DNA from: Phoronis australis
Taxonomy: Eukaryota; Animalia; Phoronida
Reading direction: 5' to 3'
DNA: 64,000 nt
NCBI GenBank assembly: GCA_002633005.1
Contig: NMRA01000240.1
Location: 62,001 to 126,000 of the forward strand
The notes under the pieces are model-generated. The model was not told the origin of the DNA, made no database searches, and saw only the letters and a list, made by a program, of their open reading frames with translations. Both the position numbers and the translations under genes were made by a program. Positions 50,967 to 62,324 of this stretch are shown in pieces (position 1 is the first letter of the stretch; the number at the start of each line of letters is the position of its first letter).

Positions 50967-51089
50967 CTTACAGTAACGTCTCGTGTGCGCTTGGCGGAAC
51001 ACATTGTGCTGAAAACTCCGTGTGCAAAGAAAAGAAATGCGAATGTAAAGGTGGTTTTTTGCACGAACAAACGACTGGTCTCTGTGAAG
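50967..51089 (+). CDS. Exon 10: 6-Cys module 9
   Basis: atccacAG|..|GTaact, 123 nt, phase 1-1: (A)YSNVSCALGGTHCAENSVCKEKKCECKGGFLHEQTTGLCE. Confidence 0.87.
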
Positions 51090-54000
51090 GTAACTGAAAC
51101 TCAATTGTTTCCACAACTGGGCATTCAATAACCTCGAGTACGTCGAATAAAGCAGATATCCTGCGAATTTGGTAACAACTGACACATGTCTTCTATCGAG
51201 TTGTACTAAAGAGGAACTGTGCACAATTCCGTGTACGTGTAACTATTGTCGTTCGTCTTTACACCTGAGTCACGGGTATAGCTTCTGAAACCATACTTGT
51301 GCAAATACTGTAACCAAATGTAACATTTGTGGAGACCACGTGCCTAAAGCTGCAAAAGGGAGGGTGACATTAGAACAGCGTTTCTTACAAGCAAGGAATT
51401 CTTGTAACTGTGATATCTCGCAAGTTTTTTGCGAAATGTTGTCACGCATTGCAAGTAAAGCACGTGATCATAATACTATCTTGCTCTCGATTGTCCTGGG
51501 TCTACGCAACGTAATCTTAGACACTGGTATATAGGCGGTCGGGGAGGCAGACCACCAGTAGTGTCCCTAAACAAAGCATGGGCGGCGAGGCACTAAAAAA
51601 GGTGGGCGGCTATAGGTCCGCAGACCCCTTTGGTGTGCCTCCCATGCAAAGGCAACAGTAAGTGAGAAAGTGCGAGGCACAAACGACAAGACACGACATA
51701 AAATAGTCGACGACTAGGGAAAGCAGCTGTAGTGTTATCTCTCGGCACGGCCACGCCTGCCACAGCACTTTAGAGGGCGGAGGTCGGATGGGAAAGACAC
51801 GGAGCAACTACATGTATTTACGACGGGGTCCTGCTGAGATGGAGCAACGAACGTAAAACTCTCCAGCTAGTAGCCGCACATAACTGAACGTCAGATGCGC
51901 GTGTGTGTGTATGTGTGTGTGCGTGTGTGTACACTCGCAGGCAACTGCAGTCACGAGGACACAGATATTCTTACTACTGATGTGAACAACATGCGACCTG
52001 GTAACTTAAAGCCTTGTCCTCTGCCGGCACAAATTGAGACCCCCTGTCATCCTGGTGGTCAAAATTTTGACACGCCATCTCACACTTCCGCCATAATTGA
52101 TTTACCAACCGCTGGACGCACTTCTTGGGACTACTTCTCTCGAGTAGCCAGAATGTCGATACGACCTTGCGCTATGTGTAGCGTCATAATTAAGTCTTGA
52201 TTTTGAGCATCTTCAACTGTGGCTTAGTTATAAGAAGCTGATCCGAACGTCCGGTAATTATGCTGCCCTAAAACAATACTTACCTTCCTACAGGCCCGGA
52301 AGCCAGTGTTATTCGCACCGCCTGGATAACCGCGAAAAAATGGGTACGCCGCTGGTACTTGACAATTCAGCTCAAACCGGAAGAACTTATCAGTTCAAGA
52401 AACGCTTGTACTTTTAGAACTAGTATACGATTTACATGTTTTAATTCAGAAGTAAATGCGGGCTCTGGACTGTTGCCGAGCATTGCTTGTTTTATGATCC
52501 GCATTATCAAAACGGGATACAGAGTTACTCTGACTAAATTCAAATTTCAAAATTTCCTAATGGTGCAGATGTATCATCAAAATCGGCTAAAACAGTATTT
52601 CATTGCAACATACATGTAGAATCACATTTTTTAAATGATTAAAATTAGTTAAATTAGTTTTTATCGCAGGCGAAAAAGTTGTTTTCCTCCTTAACGTCTG
52701 CCCAAAGAGTTGCAAAATAGTATGAGCGGAGAATGTACATCTAATGGTGAATGTATCTCTCACAAAAAGTATTCCTTCCGTTATGTACACGTACACATGT
52801 ATGTTTGCCACGTTTCTGTTTTATTGCATTTAAAAAGCATCAGAATGTTTTGACTGCAGCTTAGCCACGGAAGTCTGCGCGAGATATCGTCGTGCATTAA
52901 AACGACAGGCCGTAGAGACGGAGACAAATCTCCCAGCGAAATCCCATGGGAAGCCACTGGTGGCCGTTGTTGTTTCATGGACCGTAAGACGTCTCGCGAG
53001 CGTATGTGCGACGAAAAGACTATAGCTGATACTCGTGACCATTGCCGATTTTAGTGTGTTCAATTTAAAATTGTGAAGTGTTTAAAACATTGAGAACAAA
53101 GAATATGAGTATTGGAAAAATCCATATAGGCAAAATACCGAGAAAATCATCAAAAAAATGTGTAGCATAGGTAATATAAAATACGCAAAATACAACATAA
53201 ATGAGCAAGAGGGTGTCTTAGTAATCAGAGGTGAGCAGTTGAAAATAGGTGATTGGAGGGTTGGTAGGTACAGAGCGTGTAGGATTTTGTCCAGGTTTTC
53301 AGGGGGGTAATAAGCACAAGACAGATCTACTGAATCAGAGGCAGGAGCAAAAACGAAGGGGGTGGGCAGGCGCCCCTCAACCAAAAGGTTGTTGGCGGAG
53401 ATAGCTTTCTGTCCCCCAATTTTCGAGGTATTAATATCAATTAATTAACAATTAATTATTAAAACTTTCAACACACAAACATTTTAAAATAAAATTGAAA
53501 ATCTAACACTCTCCTCCCCCAACCATCAAGTATTTCCTAAGCCAGTTTCCAAAAACTGTCATCTTACGCCATCCAAACACGGGTCCAGATGATTGTTTCC
53601 AAAATTCACACTTTACGACATTCTACATTCAAGCAGGGGGGGTTGTGCCCAGTTCCACGAAACAGTCTCAAATACCTACTCATCAGGGGCAGATTCAAGA
53701 TTTTTAAAGGTGGGGGGTCGGTTCAAAGATTTTTTAAAAAGTGTGGCCCAAGTCAACAATTTGAAAATTTTAGATTTGATATCACTCAAAATCAAGGGAA
53801 AAAGTGGGGGTCTTAACTCCTTTGACCTCTCCCCACCAGTTGCCTAAGTCTTTAGCTTATTTGATTCTGTTTTTTACTCACTGTTGTTATGTTTTGCTAT
53901 CATTTTTATCTTGATTACGAAATCCTCTTTTGGCGTTTTTAAAATTATATCTACTAAACATTGAGCCCTTAATTCACTCAAATCATTTAGGGACGTAGTC

Positions 54001-54649
54001 GTTAAATTAGGGGCGTTGCATGAAATGATCTCTTCTTATTTTCTATAATATCGGGAATTCAAGGTAGAAAACACATTACACGTTCAAATAGACCTGCAGT
54101 TCCCATTAAACAGCCAAGATGCCAACTATAGTTTCCAGCTCTCGTCAACCATTCACATTTTAGTAATTCAATTATCAGCATTTACTGTAATTAATGGCGT
54201 ACAGCCTACATCCACAGGTGAAAATGGCCAACTTCAAAGTACATAACATGAGGACGCCTTATTTCCTGGCTTGTCAAAACAAAAATCTAAGCAAACGACA
54301 ACTTCACTGAGTGTAACGGGTCTCCAAAAATACTTCACATACTACCGAAGTACCCACCGCTGTAGGGCTCAATATGTCTTTAAAAGAACACTTTCCTTCA
54401 ACACTTCCTATTGCAAAATTTTCAAGCAGGTTACCAAACTTTACAATTAATATTTATTACGCTCTGAGGTCCATGCCGTGTTAGAAAACAAAATTGTTTA
54501 CCTCCTACTGCAGTCAAAATTGCACAAAAAGTGATCATCTCCGCCATATATCTCTGTTTCATGTTTCGTTAAACACGGTTAAGCCATTTTGACATTTTGA
54601 CAATAATTTTGGACAAGCACTATTTTGTTGAAAACGAGATAACACAGAA

Positions 54650-55695
54650 CTTAAATTCGTCTAAAATGAACTTCCCTCCAAAACTGTGAGATTCGGTCCG
54701 CACAGGGAGGGGCACTGCATTACTGAACTCAAAGCCTTGTTCGAGCTGTTGTAACGAAAAATAAACATTAGAATAACTTTTTGATGAGAACCTCTAGTAT
54801 ACATTTTCCCTGTAGAGTTAGAGAGAGCTCACTTTGAAGTTGTTCAAACTTGATATTTAGATTTATGAAGCTTGAAAAAAGAATTTGAGTTATTTTTGTA
54901 AATAGTCATTTTGCCACTACACCAAACTTGACATCCTTTTTAACCATACCACAGTTTAATGATCATGCTATGTTTAAAAATAACTGAAAGCTACAAAAAT
55001 GCGAAGTTCATTAGAGGGTAGGCCTAACTTAAATTCTTATGGTGCAATTCCGTGCATTAATTTGTCTTGGACACAGCCCTAGACCTACCGGAGCTAACTG
55101 TTTGCCTTAGACAAGATAAGTGTGTACTTGAGCTATAAACCTGAGTTTTTTTTCGTCCGAAGACTAGAAAAGCGTAAACAGTGCTATGGACTCGATGTAC
55201 TTTACTCGGGGAGTCCCACCAGTTGTGACCTACTTTTCATTTGGCGGATTTTGGCAGACGGCAGAATAAAAATATCGGTGAATCATCACTGATTTTTTTT
55301 TCGAAAGATTCTGAAATCTATGGTATCGTACAGATAATTCGACTTTAAGATACATACCCAGCTTTACATGAGCATATCGCATCAGTGGCGTTGCAATTTG
55401 TCAGGTGAGGATGAAAACCTTGTGGGGTTCTTCGGATTTTCGGTGTCTCCGAACACTTTTTTTTTGTCACCTTTGCAAATTCCCACATCATGAATTCTCT
55501 GCTCAAAAGCATCGCCAGTTGTCTTTGTCAAAGCGTTTTAAGATAATGCAAAAAACACTCATGAATTCCATCAGGAACGTCGTTTAGCGACATACTTTTG
55601 TCTCTAACATCTTGTTTCTTTGTCGGGTGTCACGTGACTTTTCACAAAGGGGCGAACCTTACGACAGTTTAGCTGCCCACTAGGGCAGTTAAAAA
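54650..55695 (-). mobile_element. Partial inverted copy of the family-B element
   Basis: The reverse complement aligns with ~32560-33270 plus ~33610-34040. Confidence 0.85.
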
Positions 55696-56825
55696 CACAA
55701 ACACTGATGATGACCGCGGCAAAGCAAGCTGAGACGTTGCTGGGGTGGTGAGGTAAGTGAACGTGACCAGGGGCTTGTGGGATTTCAGGGCGGAATAGTT
55801 TATGGGTCCACATGGCTGTATCTCCTGAACGCTCTACAGAATTTTTATTGAATTTTGCTTGTTTTTCTATGAAGGTTACAACACACGGCGACGACTTTTG
55901 GACGGATCGGTCTACCGGTGCCCCTAGTGGCAATTTTACTTGTTTACGTTTACATCTGTATCTTCAAAGGTCTTCAACGGATTTTCATAAAATTTGACAT
56001 ACAGCCATTTTTGTGAGTTGACGCTGTCCTCCAGTTTTCGGTCGGATTCGTGGCATTTTGCGCCACCTAGTGGCCATGTTTAATGTTTTCGAGTCTTGTT
56101 ATTTGGCGTCTGGCCCTCTATCAACCAAACCCCTCTAAGGATGGTTGTAGAAATTGGCATGTATGTTCCTAAAGTGAAGAGAAATTCTGACGATGACTTT
56201 CCGATGATTGCATCTACCGTGGCTTCTCTTTGCTCTGCGTTGTTCTTGTAGATGCCATTTGGAAAATGGAATAAGATACGTATGCGTGGGCAGCGCACCA
56301 TAAGGGGTTGGGGCTGTAGCCCCATTAATTTGAGTACTGCGCGGCTCATAGACATTGGAGGCTCACCGTGTTGGGGGCTAGGAGCTTTTGACCCCCACCT
56401 ATTTCAGTGCAGCACCGCCCATGATATGTACAATTGGTGAACCATATGGACACGGCAAAGTCAATAATGTGTAGCAATCAACATTGACGTTGTAAGTCAA
56501 TAACTTAAAAACACTCATCTGCAGAAGACCTAAAATTTCATAAATTCAGTCAACATTTCAGTCTCAATCAAATCACCAATATTTCAAAAAGTTTGCAAAG
56601 GTTGTTAGGAGGTGATCTTAAATTACGTCCCGGCTATTGACGTTTTCTGTTCTTTTTTGACTTGCCTATCCATCTTCGTATTGCCTAGGCATCAGTGTGT
56701 ATTTTGACAAAACAGGTCCCCGCAAACATCTGTTTTGAAATGCAAATGATTGAGAAAATTTCGTGTAAATTAGGTGTGGAAAAGGGAAACACAAAAATAT
56801 TAATAACCAGCCAATATTGTTGCAG

Positions 56826-56942
56826 CCTTGTCGGATGTTTCGTGTGTTCGGGGCGGCACGTACTGTGAGAAGCACTCGACTTGTGTTGATGACAGGTGCA
56901 GGTGTGACGATGGTTACCTGGATGTAGGCGGAGAATGCCAGG
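56826..56942 (+). CDS. Exon 11: 6-Cys module 10
   Basis: tgttgcAG|..|GTaggc, 117 nt, phase 1-1: (A)LSDVSCVRGGTYCEKHSTCVDDRCRCDDGYLDVGGECQ. Confidence 0.87.
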
Positions 56943-56967
56943 GTAGGCCCTATAACTATGGATGCCT

Positions 56968-57071
56968 GTATACATACATACATGCATGCATGCATGCATG
57001 CTTACATACATACATACTTACATACTGTACATACATACATACATACATACTAACATACATACATACATACA

Positions 57072-57103
<32 letters not shown>

Positions 57104-57106
57104 CAT
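56968..57106. repeat. (TACA)n/(CATG)n microsatellite
   Basis: Tetranucleotide array just downstream of exon 11. Confidence 0.95.
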
Positions 57107-57545
57107 ATGTCGAGGCATCCGAGAGCATAGATGCGTTCATCGTCGTTCCAGTTAATGCTCATTACATATTTTTAAGCTAAACGAATTGTGTGCAGTTTTT
57201 CTGAGACAACACAACAGCTTTTCATTCAAAATACTTTGACTGTTTACGTGAATGTATTTTCATTTTGTTTAGTTTTGCTTTTCGCAAAAATCTTCTAGAC
57301 ACGCTGCCATCGACTTCTGGTGAACTAGTGTAGTGGCGCACGCTAACCTTGTCCTACAGACTCTACGCATGGTGTCCAAAACACGTCTTGAGTATCCATA
57401 ACCCAATAACTTGTTAGGAAACTGTCATAATAACCTCATAATCAGGCTTCCAATGCGTACTTAGGAAAGAGAGCTTTCTGATGTTATCAAGAATATTCAA
57501 AATGTCGGTTAGTTATCCCAACACTGAAAACACGGATATAAAATT

Positions 57546-57700
57546 CAGTGGCGGATTTAGAGGGGGGCCAAGGGGGCCATGGCCCCCCCTAGTTTCTTAC
57601 ATTACTATTGGCAGTTCGGGGGTGCGGATGTTCGACGAGCAAAATCCTGGCTAATACTCTGCCCTGGCCCCCCTAACTCGAAATCCTGGACCCGCCCTTG
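57546..57700. mobile_element. CAGTGGCGGAT-type MITE
   Basis: Termini CAGTGGCGGATTTAG / CCTGGACCCGCCCTTG. Interior resembles inverted decayed copies at ~21120-21280 and ~22430-22590. Confidence 0.65.
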
Positions 57701-58066
57701 AGATTTGCAATTCACTCAAAAATATCATCAGTGGACTGACACCGTTCTTAGCTTAATTATTTTGTTCTGTTGTTCTGCGTGTGTTATAGCAGATAGTTAT
57801 TGTTAGGAATGATCAGAGCTGATGCAATTTGTTAACCAAAGAATAGTGTGGAATATTCTAGGAGATTTTAGCATGTATTCACTAAGTTATTAATGTAATA
57901 TGGACCATTCTAGAACCTATTATATGATTCTAGAATGATTGGGTAGATTCAGGAAAGTTCTAGCATTTTTGAATTGGTGAAAAGTTCTAGGACATTATAT
58001 GAGACTACACGTACGCAGGTACAGGTTCGTAACAGTTAAAGTTAGTGGAAATCATTTGGAAGTTAG

Positions 58067-61000
58067 GGTTATCTCCAACCTTATTCACAAAAATGGCCAT
58101 TTTTACAATATTTCACGTGTCTAGAAAAATTCCTTATCTTCATTCTCGGGGCACTTCAGGCAAAAATACATACTGCGTAGCGAGAAAAAAAAAAGGATTT
58201 AACAAACCCACTTTGAAACAGCACAACCGCGCGGATATTTGTTTACCACTTATCCGATGTCAAAGGTTAAAGGGCCGCTTTCAATCAAATCGGTTCTCCC
58301 GCCAGGTACAGAACAGCTTTGCGCCCTGACATTGAATCAACGTGGTGTACTTATGGTAGAATGGTACCGGGGGAAACAAAGACAAAACTAAATAGTTTTG
58401 ATCCTAAAGGAGTTGTGCGTCTACATGCATACAACCGTTGGCGATGAGAACGAATGCTACGGTCGCCTCAGGCCTCTGTGGTCATGAAAAGAGATAAATC
58501 CTCACCCTAATTCCTTCATTCAATTAATAAATTGACATTTCAATGTTTCGATCTCATGCTTACGACATGCTTTAACTACCGATTCGATTTTTGTTATCCA
58601 TTTCTTACTTGGTTTCGTATCGGTCTCACAACATGTGTACAGGCTATGTGTATAACGGTATAAAGGTCACAAACAATAGTAAGAATAAGCTGGGAACGGT
58701 ACTGTAGTGAGACGTTTTAATGATAATTAAGTTAATTACGCACTGCAAAATCAGTTGACATTGCGAGTGAATGTTGAAATAGCGAACATTTTTAAGGTTT
58801 GTATAGGTTATGCCTACCGAAAACAAGTTTTCACCGAATAATCAACCGAAGACTGAGGTTTTCACTTGTCCCAGTTTAATCGGCTTTTTCTCGGCTTCGG
58901 CAAATCGACTTTATTTGAACTTAGGAACACGAGTTCTCGAAAACGGCTCAGTGGATTTCGCTGAAACTTTCCAGATTTAATAATTAGTCATAAGCCTGAA
59001 AAACCATGTAAAGAGTGTTTGATATAAAGGCCAATTGTTTGCGTAATGTAACAAAGACGAATACGACTTCCTTTTTTACAAAGATACCTTACGTTTTACG
59101 AGTTGATTTGTCATAGAAACCAAACGAAAAGACTAATCGAAAATTCCTAACAGCGTTTTTGAGGTAACTAGTAAAGTTTTCATTTAAAAAGTTTCATTAA
59201 AATCAATCTAGGGGTTATTTTGTTATGAATGTACCTTTCTTAAAAAATTGACGTTAAACGTTTTTTACGTAACATGCTATGAACATTCCCACTAAATAAG
59301 ATTGGTTCTAACCCCAGTGGTTAAGGTAAACGGTGGGGTATGGAAAATTGAACTAGACCGTACTTATCCACCTTGGCTGAGTCGCGCTCGGTTCACGATC
59401 AAAGGGATGCCGCCAAGCTGCTCTAGTCATCGAGTCACGAGCGAGGATAATTGGCTTCACTCATGCGGATATGATCAACTGATTACAATCTAGCTAGCAG
59501 ACTGTACTTTTTATGGAGAGAGTTTTACGTAGTTTTTACGGTAATATTTGAAAAGAGGAGCGAAAACAAATATGAGTACAGCTTCGAATTTTTCAAATCG
59601 GCCCAGGATAAGAGATTTTGCAACACAGCAACACTTTCATTCGGCGCGCACTAATACAAAAAATATAGGACCCAAGATTTTGGAACACATGCATTGCAAT
59701 ATTCAAAATACGTTTATTATGAATCTTACAAGCTGTAAAACGACGTTGTTAATTTCATTGTGTTCATTCATTGTCATCCGTCAAATCGGCAATTTCCGAG
59801 ATGTGATTTGGGGCGTGCGCGTATGTGTACAAAACACGTGATTGTTATGTTCCTGAAGTACGAAAATTAAGAAGGCTTTAACATGCCGTTATTATTGACA
59901 GGGACGCGATAAAACGAATTTGGATTTTGACTATAGTCTTGATACAGCGATCTGACTGACCACTGCGTCAGTGTCTCCGTTAGACCCAGAAATTTCACAC
60001 AGCCCGGGTAGTTCATTTCGTCCCCAACATGTAGATCGAGCCTTGGACTATTAATACTCCACGGCAGAGCTAAAGACAGTCGGCCTGTGCACAAAAAATC
60101 TGTGAGTTAACCAGCACTCACCTTGCACGTTACAGCCGTTTAAGTGAAAAACAATCTAGTAAACGCCATTTTCTTGCATAATCCTCCGCCTCTTGTAACA
60201 AAAAAGTCTATCGTCGATGACCCGCAAACGCACGCTCACTCACTCTCATACGCAGACGACCTTCAAAACAAACGTCACGTGACAACAACATGTGTGTTCA
60301 TCCAGAGATTTTTCTCGTGTTGTGGAGTACGATGTAGCGCACATTTGGATTTAATCGCAAATAATCTGGACTCCACATGAACTTTAGAAATTGTAAAACA
60401 TCAGGAAGATTTCAGGTAATTTGTTGAGTCGAAGCTATATTTTTATTCAAGAGTACAAGTTTTCCTATTGACGATCGCGATTCAGCGACGCATCAGTCGG
60501 CAAGTTTTCGCCCTGTGATGAGCACAATTTTTGAAAAATTATCGTAATTTAACAACAGAAGCTGATAGCAATGCACCACAATTTTGTAGAAAGGCTGTCA
60601 TAGGCTACAAATACGTCACAGAGCGCAAATTTAATGAATCCTAGCTTCCGATTTTGCCCGTTTGGAAAACCGGGCTTCAACTGCCGTAGGCTCACTACAA
60701 TAAGCGTCCCCTCCCCGTGAAATGAATTTTTCTAAGCGTTTGTTTGAGCCAATACAGTATACAGCTTTCCACCAAGGCTAGGTGATGCAAGACATTATTC
60801 TTTGTTGCATTATAGTAACTGGTCTTGGCTAATTATCATTTTACGGCCTGGTCATCCATTCAGCCAAAAGTAGTTCCAGAGGTGGCTTATCAGCCAATTA
60901 TTCACGCATGCTGACTCACAATAGAAGCCTGATAAGAGTGAAGGTGGATAAATGCGGTGTTCCTACAGTTTCTTGTTTTAGTGGATGTGTTCACGACATG

Positions 61001-61146
61001 AAAATAATAATGGAACATTAATACAAAAAGCATTTTCATATTCCTTAATCTTTTTTTCAGAAAATTTATACATTTACTAGATGACAAAGCTTAGTTTTTG
61101 ATGTACAAGTTAGAATAGAGGCCACTAAATAAGGTTGGAGATAACC
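58067..61146. mobile_element. Non-autonomous TIR element, Kolobok-like (TTAA target), ~3.1 kb
   Basis: Perfect 19-bp TIR GGTTATCTCCAACCTTATT (58067-58085) and its inverse (61128-61146); flanks are TTAG and TTAA. Confidence 0.75.
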
Positions 61147-61521
61147 TTAAAGAGAATTGAAACAGATACGCTCTCAGTATTGTGGATAGATTCCTGGTGG
61201 AATTTCTCCAGCTTCACTCTATGCAATGTCACTGGTTTGCATTTGAACACAGTGACTTCTTACCGAGTGCATTCTTACATTAATTTCAATTATTTATTGT
61301 TATAAAATCGGCTTCGTGTTATTTTGAGATTCAAATGAGTTCTAAGCTTGAGAAGACCAGGGGAATAGTGGTCGCTTTATTGTCACCATTCTCAACTCAA
61401 ACAAGGGACAGACCAGAACGCGGTGATACTTCGTTTCAAGAGGAAATGCGTATACGAAGAAACGTGGTGGTCTCACCAGTGCATACTTTATAGTTCCTTT
61501 AACAACTATGTCTCGCTTCAG

Positions 61522-61659
61522 AGAGCTCTGATATTGAATGCCACAAGGGTGGATCGCTGTGTCACGACTCTACGGCATACTGTACAGTAAGTGCTAACAA
61601 GTCAAAAAGTTGTGTCTGCCCAGAAGGCGAATATCTGGTGGATAACACCGTATGTCAAG
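61522..61659 (+). CDS. Exon 12: 6-Cys module 11 (frame still open; gene probably continues beyond window)
   Basis: cgcttcAG|..|GTaaat, 138 nt, phase 1-1: (E)SSDIECHKGGSLCHDSTAYCTVSANKSKSCVCPEGEYLVDNTVCQ. Confidence 0.87.
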
Positions 61660-62267
61660 GTAAATGACGCGTACACTGGTTGAGACAAATTAAAAATATA
61701 AACCATACGTCTCAGATGATCACTCAAACTTAGGCACTCCAAGTGTCAAGCAGTCCCAAAAGGTTGAATCAAAAATAAGTAAGTCACAATGAATTTGCGA
61801 GAAAGTGTTGAGATATACATGTAGGACGAGTGTTGATTATCGAGTGCAATCAGATTTTGACTAGCTTGCACAATCGTACGATCGACGTCGACTTGAGTTT
61901 TAATTCGTGTGTTTATGTTAGAATTCTCAGAAAAGCTTACCATAGTTACATTGTAGGGCTAATTTAAATAGCCATTTTAGTTATTTCTTTCTTGATCTGA
62001 AACAGTATAGCTGATGTGCAAATATTTCATCAATACTTGAGACTGACTGCTGGAGAAAATCACGCAAAAGTGGGAACATAGCATATCACACACATATAGC
62101 TTATTTGTATACCTTGGTAAAATGAACTTTAAAATTATCGCGTAAGTAAATAACGACATATCTATCCATTCCAACGTTTCGGTTTATTTCATTACACCAT
62201 TCTCAAGGAAACAGTAACAAACACAAAATAAGCGACACAGGTAGAGATTGAACCGTACACACATGTA

Positions 62268-62324
62268 TATGCATAGCCTCCTTTATGAGGAGCCTCAGGC
62301 TCCTCATAAAGGAGGCTATGCATA
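62268..62324. repeat. Perfect 57-bp palindrome; possible 45-bp TIR-only mini-transposon with TGCA duplication
   Basis: tatgcatagcctcctttatgaggagcct-c-aggctcctcataaaggaggctatgcata: 28-bp arms with a 1-nt spacer. Confidence 0.9.

Noticed and set aside
51941-52000. 60-nt phase 1-1 AG/GT segment (NCSHEDTDILTTDVNNMRP)
   Set aside because: Only one Cys and a weak polypyrimidine tract; likely chance.
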